A DNA stretch of 63,970 nt, counting the filler. It is 9 parts of 9 records of this genome, joined end to end, with 100 filler letters (N's around TTAATTAATTAA, not from the genome) between each part and the next. Parts side by side here need not be neighbours in the genome. Positions count along the whole stretch, not along the records: positions 1 to 14,095 come from SRR31147125_56031; 8 more parts are not named here. One strand, 5' to 3'. Below are positions 1-8,474 of this stretch, one piece after another (positions within the stretch are counted from its first letter, which is position 1; the number at the start of each line of letters is the position of its first letter). Under the pieces are notes generated by a model that saw only the letters and a program-made list of their open reading frames with translations, was not told where the DNA came from and searched no databases. Position numbers and translations under genes: made by a program.

Positions 1-798
1 CAAACTCCACCCGGGCTCCTCCAGTTCGGGGAGCGGGCTGCTGCCGGGAAAGAACTCTCCGTTGTAGACAGGGGTTTTTGCGAATCGGGGTTCGTGGACG
101 ACAATGAGTGAGGTGGACCAGTCCCCGAGGTAGTAGTCCAGTTTCGTCATCGTGGTGGGGAGCCTGAGATAGCGAATGTCAGTCATGCCCGGCCAGCGCA
201 GGTCCAGCGGGTTGAGGATGTCGGTGACGCGCAGGTTGTCTGATTTTCCCCATACGACGATCTGCCTGCCGAATTTGAGGTCCAGGTGCTGTGAGAGGCT
301 TCCCTGCACCCACGTCTCTCCAAGCTCGATCTCCTGCTCGTATTCATCGAGATAGTCGTCGGTGTAGAGATCGCGCTGATCGTTGAGCAGGGGGGCCGCG
401 TCATAAAACGCGGTACCGCTGATGCGGCCGCGCCAGTCTCCGTACGAGATGTCACCGATCAGCTCCCCGAGGCCACGAAACATCGACAGTCCCCGGTAAT
501 TGGGGGTACCGGTCGCGGGGGCGTCGTGGGCGAAATTGATTGCGCTGAGCAGACTGAGGCTGCCGGAGAGATCGAGCCAGCGTGGCAGGGTAGCACTGTC
601 GGCCTCCTCCTCGGGTGGTGTCACGGCAGGCTGCTCGTCAAAGCCGCCCAGCAGCTCATCCAGTTCCGTCTCGCCTGCGCTCTCATCCTCACCGAACCCG
701 GAGAGCAGGTCGTCCAGCTCATCAGTTGCTGCCGGCGGCACGCTGCAGAGCAGACATGCCGTCAGAACTGCACCAATGGTTCCGCGCATCGTGCACAT
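1..798 (-). CDS. DUF1302-like outer-membrane beta-barrel protein, 3'-partial (runs off window start)
   Basis: Not in the ORF track (no stop in window). Manual translation: signal peptide (MCTMRGTIGAVLTACLLCSVPPAA), acidic tail, then ...EIELGETWVQG...DLKFGRQIVVWGKSDNLRVTDILNPLDLR..., typical of this family. Follows the LolA-like gene. Alternative starts at 807 and 789. Confidence 0.75.
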   Translation of the reverse strand, partial: MCTMRGTIGAVLTACLLCSVPPAATDELDDLLSGFGEDESAGETELDELLGGFDEQPAVTPPEEEADSATLPRWLDLSGSLSLLSAINFAHDAPATGTPNYRGLSMFRGLGELIGDISYGDWRGRISGTAFYDAAPLLNDQRDLYTDDYLDEYEQEIELGETWVQGSLSQHLDLKFGRQIVVWGKSDNLRVTDILNPLDLRWPGMTDIRYLRLPTTMTKLDYYLGDWSTSLIVVHEPRFAKTPVYNGEFFPGSSPLPELEEPGWSL

Positions 799-813
799 CC
801 TTCGCATCCTCCG

Positions 814-1620
814 CTACAGCCCTTTCTCGAGCTGCCTGACGGAAAAATAAGATTCCTGCAGGTCCTGGTTCATCAGCACGTTGTTCCAGATCAGCTTTGT
901 ACTGTGCAGTGTGCGCTTGCTCCGCGTGGTCTTGATCCACCGTTCGGTCGCGACCCAGACGCCGTCGAACTGCTCGAGTTTTTTCACTTCCATGTACTTG
1001 ACCTTCTTCGCCTCCTTCAGGACGTGGATGGCGCGTACCTCGAAGAAGATATCCTGCCGGACGAAGATGATCGACTTGGAGTACCCGTAACGATCCTCCA
1101 CCTCCTCGGAGACCGGTACGGCCTCCACCAGCCAGACCTTGTGCCCGTCCACCTCGTCCTCCTTGAGGATCTTGTAGTTCCACTCGTCCACTACGCGCCG
1201 GGTCATGTCGGCATAGGAGAAGTCGGAGCCCATGAATGCGGATGATTTGTCCGACGTGGCGATCCGCTTTGTCTTACGCAGATCGGGGAGGTAGAGCCAC
1301 TGGTCGTCGTCTTTTTCGCCGCTGTAATAGTCATAGGTCAGGAAACCGGTATCCTTTACATCCGCCGGGGAGAGGAAGAACTGCAGCCGCATCGTGTCAT
1401 CACCCTTGTCCTTGCTGAATACCTTCATGTCGCGGCGGCGTTCGCTGCCGTTCTTGTCGATCAGGATCATCACAGAGTCGACGATCATATTGTCGCCGTC
1501 GTCGCGTGCGTCTACCTGCTCCATGACCCAGCGGCCATCAACGTCAGCCGCGTGAACGTGGCCGGCGGCCAGCAGCGCAGCGATAATGACAAGTGCCCAG
1601 GATACTCTTCTGATCTTCAT
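814..1620 (-). CDS. Outer membrane lipoprotein-sorting (LolA-like) periplasmic protein
   Basis: Signal peptide, then FLSPADVKDTGFL, DDQWLYLP, KRIA, FMGSDFSYADM motifs. Start chosen at ATG 1620 with GAGGAG RBS (ORF track 814..1752). Confidence 0.85.
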   Translation of the reverse strand: MKIRRVSWALVIIAALLAAGHVHAADVDGRWVMEQVDARDDGDNMIVDSVMILIDKNGSERRRDMKVFSKDKGDDTMRLQFFLSPADVKDTGFLTYDYYSGEKDDDQWLYLPDLRKTKRIATSDKSSAFMGSDFSYADMTRRVVDEWNYKILKEDEVDGHKVWLVEAVPVSEEVEDRYGYSKSIIFVRQDIFFEVRAIHVLKEAKKVKYMEVKKLEQFDGVWVATERWIKTTRSKRTLHSTKLIWNNVLMNQDLQESYFSVRQLEKGL

Positions 1621-1648
1621 GATGGATCTCCTCGATACGTCGTTCATC

Positions 1649-4117
1649 TCAGTCGCTCCCCTCTTTCCCGACAACCAGCCGCAGCAGGGCAGGGGCCATG
1701 AAGAAGTTGGAGAGCAGGGCCAGGATAATGATGATGCCGGTGTACAGGCCAAACTCGAACAGGTTGTTCATGTGTGAGAACATGAAGATGAAAAAACCGA
1801 TGGACAGCACCACCGATGTGGTCAGCAGCGCCCGGCCCACGGTGGTGAGCGAGGCGTGTACCGCCATGGCGATGTCTCCGCTCTGAGCGTGGTACTTGCG
1901 AAAGTTGGTCATGAAATGAATGGTGTTGTCTACCGACAGACCGATCGCGATTGACCCGACCAGCATCGTGAACATGTTGAGCGGGATGGAGCACCAGCCG
2001 ATGATCCCGAGCACGGTGATGATCGGCGCGAGGTTGGGAAGCATGCTGAGCAGGCCGAGCCGCACCTCGCCGATCAGCAGGACCATCAGCATGGTAACGA
2101 CGACGATCGCGATGCCGTAGCTCTGGGCCGCCGAATAGATCGATGCGTGAATGATTCTGCCGAACAGAGACATGATCCCGGTAACCGTCACGGTGAAGCT
2201 TTCCCTGTCGGAAAATTTTGTATCGCTGAACTCGGAGCGGAACCGCTGCTCCACGTCCTCGATAAAGGAAACATAGCGCAGTGCGTCGAACCACGGCACT
2301 TTGAATGAGATACGCGCCTGCCTGAACTGGGAATCCACCACGTCCTTGAGGTCGTCTGATCCTGAGTTCTCGAACAGCAGCAGTTCCTGGGGGATCAGCC
2401 GGGCGTTTTCGGGGATTTCGTAAAATTCGGGCCGGTTCTCGTGAAGCGCCTGGTGGATCTCCTTGATCATCATCGTGAGTGAGAGGGTCTTGCCGACAAA
2501 CAGATCGTTGTCCCGGTAATCGTCTTCGATGGCGGCGCTCAGCTCTTCCATTGCGAGCAGGACGTCGCGATCGTAGAGTCCGTTTTCCTCTCCGGTGTCG
2601 ACGATCATCTCGAGCGCCACAGTGCCGCGCAGGTTGTGATCGATCACCTCGGTGGCCCGGCGTACGTCCAGGTCTTCCGGAAGCCACGTCAGCACGTTGT
2701 GGGAGAAATGCACCCTCGTCAGACCGACGATGCCGACCCCGACGATTACCAGTGACAGCACGAGGATCGGCCGATACCCGCGCACCGAGAAGTCGGCGAT
2801 CCAGCTCAGCAGGCGATCCATCCTGCTCATCCTGCTCACACTGCCAGAGTCGAGGGGATCGGCCGGTGCAGGTTCGACAGGCCGGATCTTCAGCGGCCAG
2901 AGCGAGAGGGCGGCGGGCAGAAAGAGAAAGGTGTAGATCAGCGCGATGATCACCCCGACGGAGGAGAAGATCCCGAGATCCGCGATCGGGGCGACCTTCG
3001 CCATCGCGAAGGAGGCGAGGCCTGCGGCGGTTGTCAGGGTGGTCATCACCAGCGCGAGGCCGGCATGGGAAAAGGCCTCGACGATCGCGTCGTTTCGGGC
3101 CATGCCGTTGCGCAGGTTCAAAAAGGTCAGCGCGAGGATGTGCACGGAGTCACCGACACCGACCGCGAGCAGGAAGGAGGGGAGGATCGTTGTCGGCAGC
3201 TTGAACATCGTGCCGGTGGCGGACATCATTCCAAGTGTGGCGACAATGGTCAGCCCCACTACCAGTAGAGGGAGGACGACACCGCCGACCCGCCTGAACA
3301 TGACAAACAGGCAGACCGCTATCGTGAGCACCGCAAGCTTCATGAACCGTTTGATATCCTGCATCATGAAGGCCTTGAGCGTTTGGGTAATCACCTGGGT
3401 GCCGGCCACATGGACGCGAAAATTCTCGCTGTCGTAGGAGGACGCGATCTCCTTGATCACCTCCACGGTACGGGTCGACTCGGCATCGCTGAGATATTCG
3501 GGAAGCTCATCTGCACCCGACTGCATGATGTCTTCGTCGAAGCCGGAGAGCAGGTCAGCTTCGTCGCCCGTGTCGGCGTAGACTGCGCTCTCGACGACGA
3601 TGGCGGTCATTGTTCCGTCTTCGGAAATGAGCATGTTGCGGTAGAGCGGGCTGGCCATGACCAGCTCTTTCAGCGCGGCAAGTTCCTCGGGGGTGTCGGG
3701 GAAGTCGGCGAGCAGGTCGTCCACATGGAGGACGTCGCCTTCACCGCGGGTATTTCTGACATTGACCAGCGACGTGATATCCTGGAGGTGGGGTACGTTT
3801 TCTTCGAGATCCTCATGGAGTTTCTGCAGCTTGCGGAGAAACTCGACGCTGAAGACCGCGTCGCTGTGGATCGCGATGGCGGTCATGTCGTCGCGGCCGA
3901 ACTGGTCGCGAAACTCGTTGTAGGTGGTGAGGATCGGATCGTCCTCGTGCAGAAAGCTCTCGTTCGACGTGTCGATCTGAAGGCTCTTGATCTGCGACAC
4001 TGCCAGAACCGTGCACGCGAGGATCGCCAGCAGCACGGGAATACGAAAACGGATAACCTGTCGGGTCATCGAACCGAACAGTTTTTCCAACTTCACCTGA
4101 ATACGCCGTTTATTCAC
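1649..4117 (-). CDS. MMPL/RND-family transporter
   Basis: Two TM bundles with GVGDSVHI and GLSVDNTIHF motifs and two large periplasmic loops. GTG start at 4117 with AAGGAGG RBS, overlapping the tetR 3' end. Confidence 0.9.
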   Translation of the reverse strand: MNKRRIQVKLEKLFGSMTRQVIRFRIPVLLAILACTVLAVSQIKSLQIDTSNESFLHEDDPILTTYNEFRDQFGRDDMTAIAIHSDAVFSVEFLRKLQKLHEDLEENVPHLQDITSLVNVRNTRGEGDVLHVDDLLADFPDTPEELAALKELVMASPLYRNMLISEDGTMTAIVVESAVYADTGDEADLLSGFDEDIMQSGADELPEYLSDAESTRTVEVIKEIASSYDSENFRVHVAGTQVITQTLKAFMMQDIKRFMKLAVLTIAVCLFVMFRRVGGVVLPLLVVGLTIVATLGMMSATGTMFKLPTTILPSFLLAVGVGDSVHILALTFLNLRNGMARNDAIVEAFSHAGLALVMTTLTTAAGLASFAMAKVAPIADLGIFSSVGVIIALIYTFLFLPAALSLWPLKIRPVEPAPADPLDSGSVSRMSRMDRLLSWIADFSVRGYRPILVLSLVIVGVGIVGLTRVHFSHNVLTWLPEDLDVRRATEVIDHNLRGTVALEMIVDTGEENGLYDRDVLLAMEELSAAIEDDYRDNDLFVGKTLSLTMMIKEIHQALHENRPEFYEIPENARLIPQELLLFENSGSDDLKDVVDSQFRQARISFKVPWFDALRYVSFIEDVEQRFRSEFSDTKFSDRESFTVTVTGIMSLFGRIIHASIYSAAQSYGIAIVVVTMLMVLLIGEVRLGLLSMLPNLAPIITVLGIIGWCSIPLNMFTMLVGSIAIGLSVDNTIHFMTNFRKYHAQSGDIAMAVHASLTTVGRALLTTSVVLSIGFFIFMFSHMNNLFEFGLYTGIIIILALLSNFFMAPALLRLVVGKEGSD

Positions 4118-4751
4118 CGTGGCCCTCCTTGTTGTTATTCTCAATCCCGCCCAGCCCGTCGAGAAAGAGCCCGGTGACGAGATCGGCGTACTGGTCGAGG
4201 AATTCTTCCTTGAGCCCCGGCGGGTTGACCGTCTCGATGACCGGTGCGAACAGGAAGCGGGAGCTCATCATGGAGACCAGCATCGGCCCGATTACAACCG
4301 GCGAGACGACGATGGAACGGGTTTCCTTCAGGGGGGTGCAGATCTCGTCCTTGATGACCACCATCATTTTCCGCGCCCACTGGGCTTTGTACTCCGTGAT
4401 TTCCGGGTCTTCGTGCGGCAGTTCGGTGAGGACGATGATCAGGGATTCCCGATTGTCCCCGAAGTACTCGATCGCGTGACGGATGAAGACGCGCAGCTTC
4501 TCCTCGGGCCGCTCCGGTCCGCACAGGTGACGCTGCACGAGGCGTGCATAATCGCTGAAGAACGATTCGAGAATCTCCGTGAGCAGCCCCTTCTTCGACC
4601 CGAAGAAATAGTTGATCATCGCGAGATTTACCCCGGCATCCGCTGCGAGTTCACGCAACCCGGTTGCGGCGAACCCCTTTCTGGCAAACAAGGTCACGGC
4701 TGTTGTGAGGATCCGCTCCCTTGTGTCGCTTCCTTTCCTGGTTTGTTCCAT
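4110..4751 (-). CDS. TetR/AcrR-family transcriptional regulator
   Basis: N-terminal HTH (TRERILTTAVTLFARKGFAATGLRELAADAGVNLAMINYFFGSKKGL). ATG 4751 has a GGAGA RBS and lies downstream of the predicted promoter. Confidence 0.92.
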   Translation of the reverse strand: MEQTRKGSDTRERILTTAVTLFARKGFAATGLRELAADAGVNLAMINYFFGSKKGLLTEILESFFSDYARLVQRHLCGPERPEEKLRVFIRHAIEYFGDNRESLIIVLTELPHEDPEITEYKAQWARKMMVVIKDEICTPLKETRSIVVSPVVIGPMLVSMMSSRFLFAPVIETVNPPGLKEEFLDQYADLVTGLFLDGLGGIENNNKEGHGE

Positions 4752-4767
4752 GAGTCTCCGAGCATAG

Positions 4768-4839
4768 TTAAACGATTGTTTGATTAATGGTATCCCCACA
4801 GCGGACTGGTGTCAAGCAGATAATCAAACGATTGTTTAG
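4768..4839. promoter_or_regulatory. Two putative TetR operators flanking the promoter
   Basis: Imperfect palindromes TTAAACGATTGTTTGA (4768-4783) and TCAAACGATTGTTTAG (4824-4839) share the core AAACGATTGTTT. Confidence 0.65.
4787..4815 (-). promoter_or_regulatory. Sigma70-type promoter for the tetR-MMPL-lolA-DUF1302 operon
   Basis: Minus strand TTGACA (4815-4810), 17-nt spacer, TACCAT (4792-4787). Confidence 0.7.
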
Positions 4840-5042
4840 ATTTTCTTTGGCCATTATGAAAACTCATTTGTCTCCACAAGGCGAGAGAAGAATACCCTAC
4901 GATAAATACATTGTTTTTGGAAATTCTATTAGGTAGTCTCGTTTGCTAGGTATTGCCGTAGGAGCATCCTTGTCGCCGATATACAATATATCCGACTTTG
5001 ATTGCTCTTCTACCTCACCACCCTACTTGATTACTCTATGGA

Positions 5043-8000
5043 GTGAACACATTGAGACAGAAACAGTCCATACTACCGACGAACTGGCGGACCGTTCGAG
5101 TGTTTATCTCGTCGACATTCCAGGATATGCATGACGAGAGAGATCATCTTGTAAAATTTGTTTTTCCGGAATTGAAAAGCAAACTGCGCACGCACCGGAT
5201 ACATCTGATTGATGTAGACCTTCGATGGGGAGTAAGCGAACAGGATGCTGAGAGTGGGCGAGCGCTGGATATCTGTCTGGATGAAATCGATGCGTGCAGA
5301 CCATATTTCGTATGTTTTCTCGGGCATCGATATGGTCATATCCCACGAGGGCACTCCCACTCCATAACAGCTCAGGAAGTCTATCACGGTGTCCTTCACA
5401 AAGGCGTACCCCGTCAGATTGTAGATCTGGACCGAATAATCGATGGTCGTTTCGAGGGGATTGTATTAACTCAACAGCAAATCGATTGCCTGAGGCGGAG
5501 TTATTGTTGGCAGGCAGATAAAGCTAAATATTTGATTCTTGATACCGTCACCGAGAAGGACTATGCAATAATTCGTGAAGTTTTCAAGCGATACTATGCC
5601 TATCAACGTAACCGCAGTCTTTTCTTTTTCCGTTCAAAAAGTCTCTCCACAAAACTTTCAGAAGAAAGGGGCGCTCTGTTCTTTGATTCAGATCCGCTTC
5701 TACAGGAGCGGATGAGAACGCTCAAGCAAACCATCAGGGAACAAAACATTATCTGGTATGAATACGATGATGTGGAAGCAGTTGGTGAAGAAATCAGTGA
5801 ACTTCTCTTCAAAAAAATCATGGAAGAGGATACCCAGTCGATCTCGGAAGAGCACAAAACGTGGGTGGAAAGTGAGAACGAATTACAAGAACTTTTTGTC
5901 ACCAATTGTACGAGGCATTTTGTAGGACGGAAGGATCTGATGGGACAATTGCATTCGTTTGTAACGAGCGAGGATGCGCGTAAAATCATGTTGATTGATG
6001 GAGATCCAGGGATCGGTAAATCCGCCCTGCTGGCGAATTTTGAAAGAAGGATCGCTCACGAATTCCCGGACTGGATAATTCTGTCTCACTTTGTTGGTGC
6101 ATCCCCGGATTCTACCCGCCTGAGAGAAACCTTATACCGGTTATATCTGTCGCTTTCGAAAGAGGAAGAAGGCGAGGTGGAGATTCCGGACACTATCGAA
6201 GAATTGAGTTCTTTGTTTTCCTCAACGGTGACTGAACGTTCCGCCAGTACACAAATTGTACTTATTGTCGACGGATTGAACCAGCTACATTCGCTGGACC
6301 AGAACCATGCGATGAGGTGGATTCCGGAGAGAATCTCTGGTCATGTGAAAATAATCCTCAGCGGGCTTTCGGCGGAGATGCAGACAAAACTCCGGACATA
6401 CAGTCCCTTGCCGGAGAAATTTGAAGTTTGTTCTCTAAAAGACTATGATATCGAAGAGATGGTGTCGTCTTACCTTGGAGAAATCAGACGAGAGTTTCCT
6501 ACCCCTGAGATTGAAGCGGCTTTTTTTGAAAAAATCAGAGCCGGACATCCGCTGTATATAAAAGTTGCGCTGGAAGAATTACGATTGCATGGACACTTCA
6601 AAGAGTTGTCAGAACGTATCGGACAGTTCCCGAACACCCTGGCAGAACTGTTTGACCAGGTGTTGCAGCGGATTGAATCTGATATCGATCCCGCTCTGGT
6701 ACGTGAATCTATGTCGCTTATCGCATGCGGCAGATATGGGATGAGGGCCGAAGAATTACAGTCGTTACTGGCCGATTTCGGCCCTGAAGGATCTTCCTCT
6801 GAGGGGGTGGAAAAATTACCCGATATGATGTGGGCTCGTTTATATCGAGCCTTCGGCTCATATTTGTTCGAACGTTCCGAGGTGATTGATTTTTTTCATG
6901 GCCAGCTCAAGGAGGCCGTCGAAGCGCGCTACTTGTCTGCAGATCCTGATCGTAGAAGGTATCATCTGAAAATCGCAGAGTATTTTGAGCAACGATGGAA
7001 AGAGCCATATCTGAGAGCGTTGGACGAGCTCCCGTATCAGCGTGTTGAAGCCGGAGATATCAATGGATTGTCACGGGTGCTGATGAATCTGGTATTCATA
7101 GAAGAGAAGTGTTCCCACCAGATGGCCTGGTCGCTGATGAATGACTTCCAGCATATCTCTTCTGCACATATTGTGAAACCTCCACTTTGTACCGTTCGGG
7201 TAAAGCCCGGCGAGCCGGTGCAATCTAAATCCTCTGAATCTGTTTCTCCTGGCGATAACAGAGTCTCTGGAGAGTACGGTTTCTTCTGCCCTTTCTGTCT
7301 CGCCTGGAGCTCGGTTGATGCTTCCGAGTTAGGGGCGATTATCACATGCCCCGCGTGCACCGCCCAATTACAATTAAACACGTTCACCATTGAATCTGAC
7401 TGGCAGCCGACAGAACCAGTTCTAGAGGTAAGTAATCTAACGGAAAATACCAAGCTTCACGTTCCTGAGGTTGTCGTCACATTCGCTGATTTTGTCAAAC
7501 GTCACATTGATATCATCGCCGATCATCCCTCTCTCACACTCCAGCAAGCAGCAAATGAACCAGAGGATTCGCCGCTTGCGTTCGCTGCAAGCGAGTCAAT
7601 GAGGGAAAACCCCTCCAATCGCGCCTGGTTCAGATGGCGGAATAAACCAAACAATACAAGTGCCAGTGAGATAACACTGAGAGGGCATACTGACTGGGTG
7701 TATGATTGCGACTACTCCCCGGACGGGTACACCATTGTCTCTGTTTCCGCAGATAAATCGATCAGGCTCTGGGATTCAACTACCGGGGAAACCATCAGCC
7801 TGATTGACAATCAAGAGGATCGCGTGAGGGCGTGCACCTTCTCTCCGGATGGACAACGTATCGCAACACTTCAGAAAAACAGAGTCGAAATGTGGGACAG
7901 GTCTTCCGGCCGGAAGATTAGCTCTTTGGCTGATCATTCTAACAGCCTTTATGCCTGCAGTTTTTCTCCGGATGGGGGGCGGATAGCAGCCGGTGGTGCC

Positions 8001-8474
8001 GATAAAACTGTGAAAATCTGGGACCTCAATACGGGAGAGGTTCTCAATACCATTCACATGTATACCTCAGAGCAGTTAAGCGGAGTTTGGAGCCTGTACA
8101 CTGATGACATAAAAGTTGTCCAGTACTCACCAGACGGTAGCCGGATTCTTGTCAGTTCAGGGTTTGACGAGAATGCCCTGAGAGTTTATGATTCCCATAC
8201 CGGAGAGAAACTGGTTGGTTTTGGGAGCCATGGTTATAATCAGAATTTTCAATGCGCAGCATTTTCACCTGACGGCACGAGGGTCGTTTCTGTGTCGAGT
8301 AAAGGGCCTGCTAAAATATGGGATGCCTGGAGCGGAGAACTGATTTCTGATCTGCCTCACTTTGATGGTAATGCTGAGGCCTGCGCATATTCCCGGATGG
8401 GCGCTATATTCTGGTTGGAAAAAAGTCTCTGTATGTGTGGTCGGCCGACTCACTGCTCTTTCTCGGAACACTGA
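5043..8474 (+). CDS. DUF4062-NACHT/STAND NTPase-WD40 protein (TEP1/NLR-like), N-terminal part; frameshifted near 8392
   Basis: VRVFISSTFQDMHDERD...DLRWGV...CLDEID...FLGHRYG (DUF4062); Walker A GDPGIGKS (6000-6023); Walker B LIVDGLNQL; CPFC..CPAC Zn ribbon; WD40 repeats from ~7670. Adding one C at CCC 8392-8394 restores YSPDGRYILVGKKSLYVW and joins the next ORF. Confidence 0.88.
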   Translation: MNTLRQKQSILPTNWRTVRVFISSTFQDMHDERDHLVKFVFPELKSKLRTHRIHLIDVDLRWGVSEQDAESGRALDICLDEIDACRPYFVCFLGHRYGHIPRGHSHSITAQEVYHGVLHKGVPRQIVDLDRIIDGRFEGIVLTQQQIDCLRRSYCWQADKAKYLILDTVTEKDYAIIREVFKRYYAYQRNRSLFFFRSKSLSTKLSEERGALFFDSDPLLQERMRTLKQTIREQNIIWYEYDDVEAVGEEISELLFKKIMEEDTQSISEEHKTWVESENELQELFVTNCTRHFVGRKDLMGQLHSFVTSEDARKIMLIDGDPGIGKSALLANFERRIAHEFPDWIILSHFVGASPDSTRLRETLYRLYLSLSKEEEGEVEIPDTIEELSSLFSSTVTERSASTQIVLIVDGLNQLHSLDQNHAMRWIPERISGHVKIILSGLSAEMQTKLRTYSPLPEKFEVCSLKDYDIEEMVSSYLGEIRREFPTPEIEAAFFEKIRAGHPLYIKVALEELRLHGHFKELSERIGQFPNTLAELFDQVLQRIESDIDPALVRESMSLIACGRYGMRAEELQSLLADFGPEGSSSEGVEKLPDMMWARLYRAFGSYLFERSEVIDFFHGQLKEAVEARYLSADPDRRRYHLKIAEYFEQRWKEPYLRALDELPYQRVEAGDINGLSRVLMNLVFIEEKCSHQMAWSLMNDFQHISSAHIVKPPLCTVRVKPGEPVQSKSSESVSPGDNRVSGEYGFFCPFCLAWSSVDASELGAIITCPACTAQLQLNTFTIESDWQPTEPVLEVSNLTENTKLHVPEVVVTFADFVKRHIDIIADHPSLTLQQAANEPEDSPLAFAASESMRENPSNRAWFRWRNKPNNTSASEITLRGHTDWVYDCDYSPDGYTIVSVSADKSIRLWDSTTGETISLIDNQEDRVRACTFSPDGQRIATLQKNRVEMWDRSSGRKISSLADHSNSLYACSFSPDGGRIAAGGADKTVKIWDLNTGEVLNTIHMYTSEQLSGVWSLYTDDIKVVQYSPDGSRILVSSGFDENALRVYDSHTGEKLVGFGSHGYNQNFQCAAFSPDGTRVVSVSSKGPAKIWDAWSGELISDLPHFDGNAEACAYSRMGAIFWLEKSLCMCGRPTHCSFSEH

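Noticed and set aside
183-4787. Many overlapping ORFs such as 526..1245+, 1644..2687-, 3383..4177+, 4119..4787+
   Set aside because: Shadow or antisense frames of high-GC genes with no motifs; the same applies to similar ORFs in contigs E, F and I.
8380-8474. Programmed ribosomal frameshift or phase variation in the STAND gene
   Set aside because: The break is at a short CCC inside a WD40 repeat, with no slippery heptamer or long tract at that point, and the same one-base loss is seen in many other genes here.
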